A DNA stretch of 64,000 nt from Eubacteriales bacterium (GCA_045658185.1 JAZOUQ010000145.1:53247-117246), one strand, 5' to 3'. Positions 35,953 through 47,080 are shown, counted from the stretch's first letter. Made by a program: numbers and translations. Notes: generated by a model from the letters alone, not told the origin.

Positions 35953-36714
35953 TCAGTAAATAACTTTGTTTAGGTAAAGACCTTGAGGCGGTGCTGTTAT
36001 TCCCGCCATTTTTCTATCTCTTGAGTCTGTGATTTTGGGAATTTCATCATACGATATTTTACCTTCGGCGACGGAAATTAAAGTTCCCACAATTATTCTC
36101 ACCATATTGTAAAGAAATCCGTTTCCGCATATACGAAAATATATCATATCGCCATCTTTTTCGAGTGATACGCTATAAATTGTTCTTACTGTGTTTTTTA
36201 CGGTGGCATTTGATGCCATATATGCCGAAAAATCGTAAGTTCCTACGAGTGCTTCTGCCGCTTGACGCATTTTATCAAGGGTTTCAGCATCTATTTTTCT
36301 AGAGTAGTGCCAGCTTCTGTCAGACATAAACGGATTGCGATGATTTCCGTTCCATATACAGTAAAGATATTCTTTGGACACCACGTCATATCTCGGATGA
36401 AATTCGTCGGAAACAATGTCCGCCTTGTTAACAGTAATATCTTCAGGCAAATAAAAGTTTAGTGCTGAAACGATCTTTTCAACGGGAATGCTTGTATTTA
36501 AGTGCGGTTTTCCCTTCTCTGAAATTGTCAGACAAAATTGATTAGCGTGTACTCCGCTGTCCGTTCTGCTGCACCCAACTATATCGCAATCGACGCCAAA
36601 AAGCAACCTTGCAGCTTCCCCTATTTTTTGTTGTATGGTCGTGGCGTTCGGCTGAACCTGATACCCGTGATATTGCGTACCGAGAAAGGAAATGTCAAGA
36701 AAAATTTTACTCAA
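35953..36714 (-). CDS. truA: tRNA pseudouridine synthase A
   Basis: GCSRTDSGVHA catalytic Asp motif and the ecfT-truA gene order. Confidence 0.9.
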   Translation of the reverse strand: MSKIFLDISFLGTQYHGYQVQPNATTIQQKIGEAARLLFGVDCDIVGCSRTDSGVHANQFCLTISEKGKPHLNTSIPVEKIVSALNFYLPEDITVNKADIVSDEFHPRYDVVSKEYLYCIWNGNHRNPFMSDRSWHYSRKIDAETLDKMRQAAEALVGTYDFSAYMASNATVKNTVRTIYSVSLEKDGDMIYFRICGNGFLYNMVRIIVGTLISVAEGKISYDEIPKITDSRDRKMAGITAPPQGLYLNKVIY

Positions 36715-36732
36715 TGCTTTACTCCCTTTCTG

Positions 36733-37551
36733 TTACATTGTATATCCTATTCCATAAATGTTAAGAAGAACAAGAGATGCTCCCAGCATCACGATCAAGA
36801 GTAACGGAATAAAATCCGAAAATTTCAGATGTCTTACCTTCATACGCGTTCTTCCTTCGCCACCGTGATAGCATCTGCATTCCATTGCAGTAGCAAGATC
36901 AGCCGCTCTGTTGAAGGCAGATACGAACAACGGTATAAGAACGGGGATCAAAGCTTTTGCCCTGCTTACAAGACTTCCGCTGGAAAAATCCGCACCTCTT
37001 GCTTTTTGTGCAGTCATAATCTTATCCGTTTCCTCCACAAGAGTAGGAATAAAACGAAGTGCAATAGTCATCATCATAGCAAATTCGTGTACGGGAATAT
37101 GAATTTTTTTCAGAGGCGAAAGCAGATCTTCTATACCGTCAGTCAAATCGATAGGAGTGGTAGTATACGTCATAAACATACACGTACCTATTACCAATGA
37201 GATTATTCTTACCGTCATAAAAATAGCGGCGTAAATTCCTTCGGTATATATATGGATAAATTTCCATTCAAAAAGCTTTTCGTTTCCCGAGGTCATAAAT
37301 ACGTTTATAAGTGACGTAAACACCAGCACGAATATCAGCGGCTTCAATCCTTTGAATACTATCTTTAATGGAATTCGCCCTATTAGTATCAGCAATATTG
37401 ACGTTACGGTGAGCAACGCGAAGCTCATAACGTTTTTACACAAGAACGAACACACTATATAAAGCACCGCAAGGATAATTTTTATTCTCGGGTCAATTCT
37501 GTGTAATACAGAATTTGAAGGATAATACTGCCCAAGTGCAATACTTTTCAT
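36733..37551 (-). CDS. ecfT: Energy-coupling factor transporter transmembrane component
   Basis: CbiQ-type TM protein with ARGADFSSG coupling helices, downstream of two EcfA genes. Confidence 0.85.
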   Translation of the reverse strand: MKSIALGQYYPSNSVLHRIDPRIKIILAVLYIVCSFLCKNVMSFALLTVTSILLILIGRIPLKIVFKGLKPLIFVLVFTSLINVFMTSGNEKLFEWKFIHIYTEGIYAAIFMTVRIISLVIGTCMFMTYTTTPIDLTDGIEDLLSPLKKIHIPVHEFAMMMTIALRFIPTLVEETDKIMTAQKARGADFSSGSLVSRAKALIPVLIPLFVSAFNRAADLATAMECRCYHGGEGRTRMKVRHLKFSDFIPLLLIVMLGASLVLLNIYGIGYTM

Positions 37552-37566
37552 TGTAGAGTTACCATT

Positions 37567-38424
37567 TTACCTTGTCTTATTTTTGTAATTAGTAATGAAT
37601 TCAAATGCCTGATCAACTGTGTAGATACCTTTGTCTACCTCAATTCCTTTATCACGCAACAAATTCATAAGCTGTGTTATTTGCGGAACGTCCAACCCCA
37701 CAGAGGTAAGCTGTTTTGCCTGTTCAAACACAGCTTCGCAGTCACCCGTCATAAGAATCTCTCCACCTGCCATAACCACCAGATTATCGCAAAGCCGAGC
37801 CATATCCTCCATACTGTGACTTACAATTATTACGGTATTACCGCTTTTTCGCTGATAATCCCGTATGTTATCAAAAATCGAATCGCGACCTCTGGGATCA
37901 AGTCCCGCTGCAGGTTCATCAAGCACCAACACCTCGGGACGCATTGCTATAATACCCGCGATAGCAGCTCTTCTTTTTTGACCGCCTGAAAGATCGAAGG
38001 GAGATCGATTCAGAAGCTCTCTGTCGAGTCCTGCAAAATCAGCCGCCTCAAGAACTCTTTCCTCTATTTCGCTGTCATCAACGCCACTGTTTTTAGGACC
38101 AAACGCAATATCCTTAAAAACCGTTTCTTCAAAAAGCTGATACTCGGGATACTGCATGACCAATCCAACTTTGAAACGTACGTTTCGGATATCCTTAGGC
38201 TTATGCCAAATATCGTTGCCGTCAATCAACACTCGTCCCTCATCAGGCTTCAGAAGTCCGTTGAACATTTGCACAAGAGTAGATTTTCCCGAGCCTGTAT
38301 GTCCTATAAGTCCACTTATCTTACCGTGAGGAAATGTAACGGTTATATTATCTAATGCTTTTATCTGATAAGGGGTATCCTTTCCGTGATAATAGCTTAC
38401 ATTTTCAAGAATTATCTCAGACAA
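37567..38424 (-). CDS. ecfA2: ECF transporter ATPase EcfA2
   Basis: GHTGSGKST, LSGGQKRR and VLDEPAAGLD. Confidence 0.85.
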   Translation of the reverse strand: MSEIILENVSYYHGKDTPYQIKALDNITVTFPHGKISGLIGHTGSGKSTLVQMFNGLLKPDEGRVLIDGNDIWHKPKDIRNVRFKVGLVMQYPEYQLFEETVFKDIAFGPKNSGVDDSEIEERVLEAADFAGLDRELLNRSPFDLSGGQKRRAAIAGIIAMRPEVLVLDEPAAGLDPRGRDSIFDNIRDYQRKSGNTVIIVSHSMEDMARLCDNLVVMAGGEILMTGDCEAVFEQAKQLTSVGLDVPQITQLMNLLRDKGIEVDKGIYTVDQAFEFITNYKNKTR

Positions 38425-38425
38425 T

Positions 38426-39289
38426 TTAAGCTCCCTCCGTAATCATCTTATAGATAGCATCTGCACATTGCTCTATTGATACTGCTTTTCCGGTTACATT
38501 GTAGCCGTTTTTACACAATCGGTTAACCAGCTCCGTGCCTTGAGGTACGCTAAGACCACATGATTTTAGCAGTTCTTCTTGTGAAAATATCTCTTCGGGA
38601 GAGCCGTCAAGAAGAAGGTGGCCGTCATCGAGGACTATTATTCTGTCAGCCATGGCAGCCTCTTCCATATAATGGGTTATCATTACAACGGTTATTCCCT
38701 TTTCTTTGTTAAGACGCAGTATGGAATTCATAACCTCCTTGCGTCCCACAGGGTCAAGCATAGCTGTTGATTCATCAAAAATAATACATTTCGGCATCAT
38801 AGCCATTATACCTGCAATGGCAACACGCTGTTTTTGCCCACCCGAAAGTCTGTGAGGCTCATGCTTGGCATAATCAAGCATTCCAACATCTCTCAAGGCA
38901 TTATAAACCCGTTCCCTTATCTCGTCAGAGGGGATTCCCAAATTTTCAGGACCGAATGCAACGTCGTCCTCAACAATAGTAGCAACAAGCTGATTGTCTG
39001 GGTTTTGAAAGACCATTCCAACACTTTTTCTAAGATTGAGTACATCATCGTCTGTCATATTCTTGTCGCATATATTGACACCATTGATATATATATCACC
39101 GGAGGTTGGAACGAGTATCATATTTAATAATTTTGCAAAGGTTGATTTTCCCGAACCGTTATGACCCAAAACTGCCACAAAGTCACCCTCGTTTATTTCT
39201 ACCGAAAGATTTTTCAGAACGGGACTTTCGTTCATATCAGCATCTTCATACCGATATGTCAAGTCAACTGTTTTTATAAAAGGATTCAT
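38426..39289 (-). CDS. ecfA1: ECF transporter ATPase EcfA1
   Basis: [17 protein letters not shown] and IFDESTAMLD. Confidence 0.85.
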   Translation of the reverse strand: MNPFIKTVDLTYRYEDADMNESPVLKNLSVEINEGDFVAVLGHNGSGKSTFAKLLNMILVPTSGDIYINGVNICDKNMTDDDVLNLRKSVGMVFQNPDNQLVATIVEDDVAFGPENLGIPSDEIRERVYNALRDVGMLDYAKHEPHRLSGGQKQRVAIAGIMAMMPKCIIFDESTAMLDPVGRKEVMNSILRLNKEKGITVVMITHYMEEAAMADRIIVLDDGHLLLDGSPEEIFSQEELLKSCGLSVPQGTELVNRLCKNGYNVTGKAVSIEQCADAIYKMITEGA

Positions 39290-39300
39290 TTAATTCTCCG

Positions 39301-40167
39301 TTATTTTGTTTTTTGCCATCTTGCACTTGCACCGCAAGGAATACACAAACCTGTTTGTGATACAGGAAGACCAAGCTCTCCCGCTTCTATTTTCCCGCCG
39401 TATTTCGACATTACAGTAAGTCCTATTATATACTGCATTGCCGCAGGTGATAATCCGGTCGTATAAGAGTTTATAAGGAAAAACAACGGATCATCGGATA
39501 GTATTTGAGATACGAGCGTTACCAATTCGTGAACGCTATCCTCGATCTTCCATATTTCTCCCGAAGGCCCTCTTCCATATGAAGGCGGGTCCATAATAAT
39601 AGCATCGTATTTGTTTCCGCGTCTTATCTCTCGTTCAACAAATTTTTTGCAATCATCTACGATATAACGTATGGGTGCTGATTCAAGTCCTGATATTTGT
39701 GCATTCAGCTTAGCTTGAGCAACCATACCCTTTGACGCATCAACGTGAACGACCGATGCTCCTGCAGCCGCCGCCGCAAGAGTTGCTCCACCTGTATAAG
39801 CAAACAGATTAAGAACTTTTATAGGTCTTCCCGCTTTTCTTATAAGCTCTCCAAACCAATCCCAATTTGCCGCCTGCTCGGGAAAAAGACCGGTATGCTT
39901 GAAGCCCATAGGCTTTAAGTTAAACTTAAGATTCCCATAAGAAATTGTCCATTGCTCGGGAAGATTGTTTTTAGTCCACTCTCCTCCGCCTTTGGCTGAA
40001 CGCTTGTACACCGCATCTGCCTGTTTCCATTTTCTGCTGGAAAAACAATTTTTCCATATTATCTGTGGGTCGGGACGACGAAGTATAAAATCCCCCCAAC
40101 GTTCAAGTCTTTCACCGTCAGTTGCATCTATTAATTCATAGTCGAGCCAATTATCAGCTATCCACAT
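39301..40167 (-). CDS. Class I SAM-dependent (rRNA large-subunit RlmI/RlmK-like) methyltransferase
   Basis: LNLFAYTGGATLAAA SAM-binding site and IIMDPPSYGRGP. The family assignment is by motif only. Confidence 0.65.
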   Translation of the reverse strand: MWIADNWLDYELIDATDGERLERWGDFILRRPDPQIIWKNCFSSRKWKQADAVYKRSAKGGGEWTKNNLPEQWTISYGNLKFNLKPMGFKHTGLFPEQAANWDWFGELIRKAGRPIKVLNLFAYTGGATLAAAAAGASVVHVDASKGMVAQAKLNAQISGLESAPIRYIVDDCKKFVEREIRRGNKYDAIIMDPPSYGRGPSGEIWKIEDSVHELVTLVSQILSDDPLFFLINSYTTGLSPAAMQYIIGLTVMSKYGGKIEAGELGLPVSQTGLCIPCGASARWQKTK

Positions 40168-40187
40168 AGTTCCTCCATAGCGGTTTC

Positions 40188-40688
40188 TTATTTAAGGTTA
40201 TAGTATTTCGAAATTCTTGAGTTTCCGGTGTGTGCATGACATATCGCTATTGCAAGAGCATCGGCGGTATCGTCAGGCTTAGGTGGTTTTGCAAGACCAA
40301 GAAGCATAGTTACCATATTGATAACCTGCTTTTTCTCCGCACGTCCAAATCCTACAACTGCTTGTTTAACCTGAAGCGGAGTATATTCAAACACCTTGAC
40401 GCCCAGTCTGTATGCTGTCATTATAATAACACCACGTGCCTCTGCCACTCTTATACCCGTCGTTATATTTGTGTTAAAAAACAACTCTTCAACAGCAATA
40501 TGCTCAGGCTTGTATTTTTCTATAAGCTGATTCATTCCGTCGTATATCATAGAAAGCCGCTCCTCTGTTGGAATTCCCGCAGGCGTTTCTATCGAACCGT
40601 AACCAAGAACCTTAAAGTGAGATGCACTGTAATCAATTACCCCCCATCCGACTATAGCAAGTCCAGGGTCTATTCCCAGTATAATCAT
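40188..40688 (-). CDS. ruvC: Crossover junction endodeoxyribonuclease RuvC
   Basis: ILGIDPG, AVEELFF and DTADALAIAICH catalytic motifs. Confidence 0.9.
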   Translation of the reverse strand: MIILGIDPGLAIVGWGVIDYSASHFKVLGYGSIETPAGIPTEERLSMIYDGMNQLIEKYKPEHIAVEELFFNTNITTGIRVAEARGVIIMTAYRLGVKVFEYTPLQVKQAVVGFGRAEKKQVINMVTMLLGLAKPPKPDDTADALAIAICHAHTGNSRISKYYNLK

Positions 40689-40842
40689 TTACACACCTCC
40701 ACAATAATCCATTCTCTATTATATCACATCACTTAGATTAAGTCAAACAAAATTTATTTTATTTGTAAAATTTTGTATACTTATTTACAAATTTATAATA
40801 GTATGATAAAATATAATATACATGTTTTACTTTGGTGGTGTT

Positions 40843-41046
40843 ATGAAATTTATAAAGTTTCAAGTTGGAGATATTGTGGAATTAAAAAAAGCTCACCCTT
40901 GCGGATCTAAGCAATTTAAGATATTACGCGTAGGCGGAGATATGAGAATCACTTGTATGGGCTGTTCTCACGATATGACCATAGATCGCATCAAGCTGGA
41001 AAAAGCGATAAAAAAATTTATTGAAGGAGGAGATACAAATGGATAA
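40843..41046 (+). CDS. DUF951 family small protein
   Basis: GDIVELKKAHPCGS..F.ILRVG.DMRI.C.GC.H matches the DUF951 pattern. Confidence 0.7.
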   Translation: MKFIKFQVGDIVELKKAHPCGSKQFKILRVGGDMRITCMGCSHDMTIDRIKLEKAIKKFIEGGDTNG

Positions 41047-43999
41047 ACTAAATTGCTCCTCGAAAAATAAATTTGGAATAACAAAATATCTTCGTTCAAT
41101 ACAAAACCGAATCGCTACGTTTTCATACTCTTACCTTTTTTACGCATTTGCTGTACCGTTTGCTTTGATGTATCTTATCTATCTGTCACAAGGAATACAT
41201 CCGTTCGGAAACGGCTCGGTTCTCGTTCTTGACTTGAACGGACAATACGTATATTTCTTTGAATCCTTGAGAAATGCAGTTTTCGGTGATGGAAGCTTTT
41301 TGTATACGTTTTTCCGTGCTTTGGGCGGAGAATATATGGGAATGTATGCTTATTATCTTGCGAGTCCGCTGTCATACCTCGTATGCCTATTCCCTGCATC
41401 TCGAATACTTGAAGCATTGTTAACGATAATTCTTATAAAAACGGGACTTTGCGGCCTGACCTTTGGATTTTATTTGCATAAACACTCAAAAAATCCCAAC
41501 AAGGTAATAATCGTAGCCTTTTCCGTTATGTATGCACTCTGTTCTTTTGCAGTAGTTCACCAAAACAACGTGATGTGGACGGATGCTATAATATGGTTAC
41601 CGATAATAGCCTATTCCATAGAACAGTTGATTTTAAACGGCAAATACAAGCTTTTCGTTATATCCTTAGCCTTGACAATGATGAGTAACTATTATATAGG
41701 CTATATGGTTTGTATTTTCTGCGTAGTATATTTTTTCTACTACTATATATCTTGCGGCAAGGATGTGTGTAATCCCACCTCTAAAAAATATCACGGCTTG
41801 ATTTCATTTATAAGATTTGGAGTTGCCGCTATAATCGCGGCAGCTATTGCAGCCTTTATAATACTTTCAGCCTACTACTCGCTATCTTTCGGAAAAAATG
41901 AATTTTCCGATCCCAACTGGGCTCTTAAAGCAAAATTTGATCTGCTTGACTTTTTTACTAAATTTTTACCAGGAGCGTATGATACCGTACGCCCCAACGG
42001 ACTTCCTTTTGTGTATTGCGGTGTTTTGGTGCTGGTTACCGTCCCCATATATTTTACTTGTAAAGCAATCAAGGCGAGAGAAAAAATTGCATCTCTGGCA
42101 CTAATAGGATTTTTTATTCTGTGCTTTATTGCAAGTCCTTTAGACCTTATATGGCACGGCTTTCAAAATCCCAACTGGCTTAATCACAGATATAGCTTTA
42201 TGCTATGCTTCATACTGTTAATACTGGCGTACAAGGGTTACGCTAACCTACGGCGATGTAATGAGAAATTCATTTTGGCTATTTGTGCTTTTATAGTGCT
42301 TTTTGTTGCAATATGCCAAAAGCTGGATTTTAAAACCTACGAGGTGACCGACCAAAAACTTGGCACGTTCAGTACCGTATGGTTCGCCGTAATTATTACC
42401 GTAGCACTTTTCGCTATACTTTGTATCGCTTTAAGAACGCAAAGCTTCAAGGCACGTGAGGGAGTTACTGCAATTCTCGCATGTGTTATATGCGTTGAAA
42501 TGTTCTGTAATGCGTTGGCTATGGTTATTCAGTTTGACGACGACGTAACCTACTCGGGCTATAGCGGATATAACGACTATATCTCAGAGCTTCGACCTGT
42601 GGTTGATGAATTAAAGGAATACGATCCCTCCTTTTACAGAATGGAAAAAACTTTACATCGAAAGTATAACGACAATATGGCATTGGGTATTAGAGGACTT
42701 TCAAATTCCACCTCTACGCTCAACGCTTCCACCATAAAATTCCTGAAAAATATGGGATATACCTCCCGTTCGCATTTGTCTAAATACCTCGGTGGAAATC
42801 CCGTCAACGATTCCCTGCTCGGTATAAAATATATTATCGACAAAAATGCTGACGGATTTACTAGCGATATACAAAAAGAAAAAAATCAAACCGAAAGCCT
42901 TAATGACTTTTATCAAGCGGCATTTTCTAACGGCAACTACGACGTTTATCTGAATCCTTATGCACTTTCTTTGGCATACGGTGTAAGCGAAAACGTACTT
43001 GAATTTGATTTTGATAACCATACAACTTATTTCGACAAGCTGAATGCTTTAGCAGGTGCTATGGCGGGTTACGAAAACGAACCTGACATATTCAAACCTA
43101 TTTACAATGTATCCGAACAATTTTACGGTTGTTCTCAAAGCGGAAATTCCACCAACAAAACGTATACAAAGCTCACTGAAAACGCCAATGCTTACGTAAC
43201 CTTTTCATTCGTTGCAACGGAAACCGCCGAATACTATTTCCACCTTCCCTCAAACAATCCTAAGGAATGCTCCTTCTATATCAAGATAATGAGAACGCTT
43301 GAGGACGGACGCCAAACGATTGAAAACTACTCATTAGGCTCCATTCTCGGTAATGATACAAGACATATATTTTCTCTTGGTATGTTTGAAAAAGGAACGC
43401 AAGTAGAATTAAAGGTTTCGCTTAAAGATGATCCGCTTAATATTCTTGGCGGTCGCAACTATGTTTGGTATATTGACAGAGATAAATACGAAAAAGTGTT
43501 TGCCGATCTTAACGACAATCCTCAGTTTGAGATAAATGATGATTTTACTGACGATCATCTTACCGGCACTATAAAAACTGATGGTGATTCTACTTTGGTT
43601 CTTACTACCATCGCTTATGACGAAGGCTGGAAGGTTTATGTTGATGGCAAACAGGTCGAAACCTATCAGGTATTAGATGCTCTTATTGGCTTCGATGTAA
43701 AGGAATCGGGTGAGCATACGCTGGAAATGAGGTATATGCCGAATATATATACTCTTGGTATGAAAATATCGGTTGGCGGAATTGCGGCGTTTATCATAAT
43801 TTGCGTTATTGATACGGTTTTAACGAAAATTCGCCAAAAAAAGAATTCTTTGACACAAGCGTATTGGGTTCTTGAGGATTTTGACGAGGATTACGAGCAA
43901 TCCTTGACGCAAGAAACGATTTCTCAAAAAAACAAGTTCAGAAAATTTTCAATAAAAAAGAAAAACAACCTAAAAGATAAAGAAAACGGAGATAATTGA
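41039..43999 (+). CDS. YfhO family membrane glycosyltransferase-like protein
   Basis: About 13 N-terminal TM segments, a large extracytoplasmic domain and a C-terminal TM segment, at about 986 aa. The ATG lies after GAAGGAGG and overlaps the DUF951 stop by 8 nt. Confidence 0.7.
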   Translation: MDKLNCSSKNKFGITKYLRSIQNRIATFSYSYLFYAFAVPFALMYLIYLSQGIHPFGNGSVLVLDLNGQYVYFFESLRNAVFGDGSFLYTFFRALGGEYMGMYAYYLASPLSYLVCLFPASRILEALLTIILIKTGLCGLTFGFYLHKHSKNPNKVIIVAFSVMYALCSFAVVHQNNVMWTDAIIWLPIIAYSIEQLILNGKYKLFVISLALTMMSNYYIGYMVCIFCVVYFFYYYISCGKDVCNPTSKKYHGLISFIRFGVAAIIAAAIAAFIILSAYYSLSFGKNEFSDPNWALKAKFDLLDFFTKFLPGAYDTVRPNGLPFVYCGVLVLVTVPIYFTCKAIKAREKIASLALIGFFILCFIASPLDLIWHGFQNPNWLNHRYSFMLCFILLILAYKGYANLRRCNEKFILAICAFIVLFVAICQKLDFKTYEVTDQKLGTFSTVWFAVIITVALFAILCIALRTQSFKAREGVTAILACVICVEMFCNALAMVIQFDDDVTYSGYSGYNDYISELRPVVDELKEYDPSFYRMEKTLHRKYNDNMALGIRGLSNSTSTLNASTIKFLKNMGYTSRSHLSKYLGGNPVNDSLLGIKYIIDKNADGFTSDIQKEKNQTESLNDFYQAAFSNGNYDVYLNPYALSLAYGVSENVLEFDFDNHTTYFDKLNALAGAMAGYENEPDIFKPIYNVSEQFYGCSQSGNSTNKTYTKLTENANAYVTFSFVATETAEYYFHLPSNNPKECSFYIKIMRTLEDGRQTIENYSLGSILGNDTRHIFSLGMFEKGTQVELKVSLKDDPLNILGGRNYVWYIDRDKYEKVFADLNDNPQFEINDDFTDDHLTGTIKTDGDSTLVLTTIAYDEGWKVYVDGKQVETYQVLDALIGFDVKESGEHTLEMRYMPNIYTLGMKISVGGIAAFIIICVIDTVLTKIRQKKNSLTQAYWVLEDFDEDYEQSLTQETISQKNKFRKFSIKKKNNLKDKENGDN

Positions 44000-44616
44000 T
44001 GTTTTATTACATTAGTGGAAATTTGGCACGACTTGAACCAAGCCTTGCAGTTATAGACGCAGGCGGGGTCGGCTATAAAATGACTGTAAGCTATAACACA
44101 TATGCCAATCTGTCCAGAGAACAGCAAACGACAAATACCGTAACTGTAAAGCTGTACAGCTATATGGCGGTGCGTGAGGACGGAATTGAGATGTTTGGCT
44201 TCTTTTCCGAAGAGGAGCTTAACGCATTCAAGCTGCTTATTACCGTTTCGGGTGTTGGTCCTAAAGCGGCAATATCAATCTTGTCACAGCTGACTCCTTC
44301 CAAGCTTTCTATCGCTATATGTACCGAGAACAAAAAATCCATATCACAGGCAAACGGTATAGGACCAAAGACAGCTGCAAGAATAATTCTTGAGCTAAAG
44401 GATAAGCTCAACTCTCAATTTGCAGACTCTGATACGGATACCGAACCTCAAATTGAAATATCCTCTCAAAGCAACAAATTAGGAGATGCACAAAACGCAC
44501 TTACAGTTTTGGGATATTCCAGAAGCGAGGCGTTGTCTGCATTGAAGAGTATAGATACTCAAAACTTAGAGCTTGATGAAATTATCAAGTTGGCACTAAA
44601 AAAGCTTATGAAATAA
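43999..44616 (+). CDS. ruvA: Holliday junction DNA helicase RuvA
   Basis: GVGYKM, VSGVGPKAA and NGIGPKTAARI HhH motifs. The ATG overlaps the YfhO TGA (TGATG). Confidence 0.9.
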   Translation: MFYYISGNLARLEPSLAVIDAGGVGYKMTVSYNTYANLSREQQTTNTVTVKLYSYMAVREDGIEMFGFFSEEELNAFKLLITVSGVGPKAAISILSQLTPSKLSIAICTENKKSISQANGIGPKTAARIILELKDKLNSQFADSDTDTEPQIEISSQSNKLGDAQNALTVLGYSRSEALSALKSIDTQNLELDEIIKLALKKLMK

Positions 44617-44634
44617 TAGAAGGAGAACGAAGTT

Positions 44635-45705
44635 ATGGATATGTCAGAAGAATTTGATTTTGAAAACAGAATAATGACTACATCTGCTATCGGTAGCGAC
44701 GTTGATGTTGAAACTTCCCTCCGCCCTAAGCATCTTGATGATTATATCGGTCAAGAAACGGCTAAATCCAATCTTAAGATATATATCGAAGCGGCAAAAA
44801 TGAGAGGGGAAAATCTTGATCACGTTTTGCTTTACGGCCCTCCCGGTCTTGGTAAGACAACGCTTTCAAATATTATTGCAAATGAAATGGGTGTAAATAT
44901 ACGTATCACTTCAGGTCCTGCTATCGAAAAGCAAGGGGATCTTGCCGCATTGTTGACCAACCTTGCAGAGGGGGACGTGCTGTTTATCGACGAGATACAC
45001 AGACTTTCAAGATCAGTCGAGGAAATACTTTACCCCGCCATGGAAGACAACGCTCTTGATATTATAATCGGTAAAGGTCCTGCCGCAAGAAGTATCAGAA
45101 TAGACCTACCAAAGTTTACACTCATAGGTGCTACTACGAGAGCGGGACAGCTTACAACACCTCTTCGTGACAGATTTGGTGTTATACTTAAGCTCGAATT
45201 GTACTCCGCCGAGGAGCTTACGACAATAGTTACCCGAAGTGCAGGAATACTTGGGCTTGATATAACCTCCGACGGTGCGTATGAGATAGCATCAAGATCA
45301 AGAGGCACGCCGAGAATAGCAAACAGATTGCTAAAACGAGTACGCGACTTTGCTCAAGTAGAGGGCTGTGATTGTATTGACAAAAAAATTGCCAACTATG
45401 CGTTAGGTAAGCTTGAAATAGACAACCTCGGACTTGACAACACCGACCGCAGAATGCTTGAAACTATTATAAAGTTCTACGACGGCGGACCTGTCGGTCT
45501 TGACACCTTGGCGGCAACTATCGGTGAAGAAGCAATCACACTTGAGGACGTTTACGAGCCGTATCTTTTGCAAATAGGATTTCTGAGCCGTACCCCGAGA
45601 GGTAGATGTGTTACAAGACTTGCATATGAGCATTTAGGACTTTCATATCGAGATAACACCGCTAAAGGCGGACAACTTGATATATTCTCTGACAACGAAC
45701 AATAA
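44635..45705 (+). CDS. ruvB: Holliday junction DNA helicase RuvB
   Basis: [17 protein letters not shown] and [10 protein letters not shown]. Confidence 0.95.
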   Translation: MDMSEEFDFENRIMTTSAIGSDVDVETSLRPKHLDDYIGQETAKSNLKIYIEAAKMRGENLDHVLLYGPPGLGKTTLSNIIANEMGVNIRITSGPAIEKQGDLAALLTNLAEGDVLFIDEIHRLSRSVEEILYPAMEDNALDIIIGKGPAARSIRIDLPKFTLIGATTRAGQLTTPLRDRFGVILKLELYSAEELTTIVTRSAGILGLDITSDGAYEIASRSRGTPRIANRLLKRVRDFAQVEGCDCIDKKIANYALGKLEIDNLGLDNTDRRMLETIIKFYDGGPVGLDTLAATIGEEAITLEDVYEPYLLQIGFLSRTPRGRCVTRLAYEHLGLSYRDNTAKGGQLDIFSDNEQ

Positions 45706-45745
45706 AAATATGCCTTACACCAATTTGAGGTGTAAGGCATATTTT
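45705..45745. terminator. Bidirectional terminator between ruvB and alr
   Basis: A 17-bp stem aaaatatgccttacacc/ggtgtaaggcatatttt with a 7-nt loop. Confidence 0.75.
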
Positions 45746-46931
45746 AATTAATAGACGTATTTAACAAGCCTAAATGTATGCTCTCTATTTCATCATTTAA
45801 AATAAAAACTCTCTGAACACGTTTCCCAACGGAACATACGATCTCATAGTTTATTGTTCCATTTTTCTTGGCAAAATAATCGGCAGAATTGATATTTTGC
45901 TTATCTCCGAAAACTGTAACTTCATCGCCAATACGTACTTCCTCAATGTCCGATACATCAAGCATAAGCTGATCCATACATACTCTGCCTACGATTGGAG
46001 CTTTTTTTCCTTTTACGATCAGCGAGGTGTTATTTTGGCTGTTTGACCTATAAAATCCATCAGCATATCCTATGGGAACGGTAGCTATCTTCATTGTTCT
46101 ATCTGCAACAAAATCACAGCCGTAGCTGACAGCATCACCCTTGTGTATTATTTTGACACTAGAGATTACACTTTTTAATGTCATAACAGGTTTTAAATTG
46201 ATGTCCAAAACCTCGTCAGACGGTAAAAGACCGTATAATATCAATCCCACTCGTACCATATCCATTGAAAATTCAGGATACATAATTGCAGCCGCACTAT
46301 TTGAACAATGCTTATATTTGAATACGATTCCGTTTTCTTCGAGTTTATTTACTATCTTGGTAAATTTATTGTATTGTTCTTTGGTGTAACTCTCTCCGTT
46401 TGCTCCTTCGTCGGAAACAGAAAAGTGCGTGAATATTCCCTCTACGTTCAAACCGGCAAGAGCTGATGCTTCTACTATCTGAGGTATTGTATTCAAGCTT
46501 TCATCGTATTGAAAGCCTAAACGTCCCATTCCGGTATCGATCTTAATATGTATGTTTACGGACGTATTACAACTACATAAAGCTTCTGATAAACATTTAG
46601 CATATTCCAAGGAATAAACACATTGTGAAACATTGTTTTCAGCAAGGAAGACAGCACACTCCGGCGGTGTATATCCAAGTATAAGTATTGGAATTCGTAC
46701 ACCTGTATTTCTCAGCTGTATCGCCTCTTCTATGTTTGAAACGGCAAACATATCAGCTCCTGCCGCTTCAAGAACCGATGCGATCTTGGGAGCATTATGC
46801 CCATATGCATCAGCTTTTATAACGCAACATATTTTCGTATCTTTTTCCAGTCTTTGCTTTATAACACTGAAATTATTTATAATATTGTCAAGATTAATTT
46901 CTGCCCATAAACATTTCCAAAAGCTACTCAT
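45744..46931 (-). CDS. alr: Alanine racemase
   Basis: The PLP-lysine context VIKADAYGHN and C-terminal VCMDQLMLDV. The start is set at MSSFWK, after AAGGAAG. Confidence 0.9.
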   Translation of the reverse strand: MSSFWKCLWAEINLDNIINNFSVIKQRLEKDTKICCVIKADAYGHNAPKIASVLEAAGADMFAVSNIEEAIQLRNTGVRIPILILGYTPPECAVFLAENNVSQCVYSLEYAKCLSEALCSCNTSVNIHIKIDTGMGRLGFQYDESLNTIPQIVEASALAGLNVEGIFTHFSVSDEGANGESYTKEQYNKFTKIVNKLEENGIVFKYKHCSNSAAAIMYPEFSMDMVRVGLILYGLLPSDEVLDINLKPVMTLKSVISSVKIIHKGDAVSYGCDFVADRTMKIATVPIGYADGFYRSNSQNNTSLIVKGKKAPIVGRVCMDQLMLDVSDIEEVRIGDEVTVFGDKQNINSADYFAKKNGTINYEIVCSVGKRVQRVFILNDEIESIHLGLLNTSIN

Positions 46932-47011
46932 AATATCCACTTCCTTTGAATAACTAAGCATATCAATTATATCATAATATATATAAAATGTCAAGAAAGT
47001 AAAATATTATA

Positions 47012-47040
47012 TTGAAAAATAGAGTAAAGTATGCTATAAT
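47012..47040 (+). promoter_or_regulatory. SigmaA-type promoter
   Basis: TTGAAA-N17-TATAAT with a TGc extended -10, 40 nt upstream of the TTG start at 47081. Confidence 0.4.
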
Positions 47041-47080
47041 TAATATATTCTTATTTCTTTTCTGACCGAGAGGACTCATT

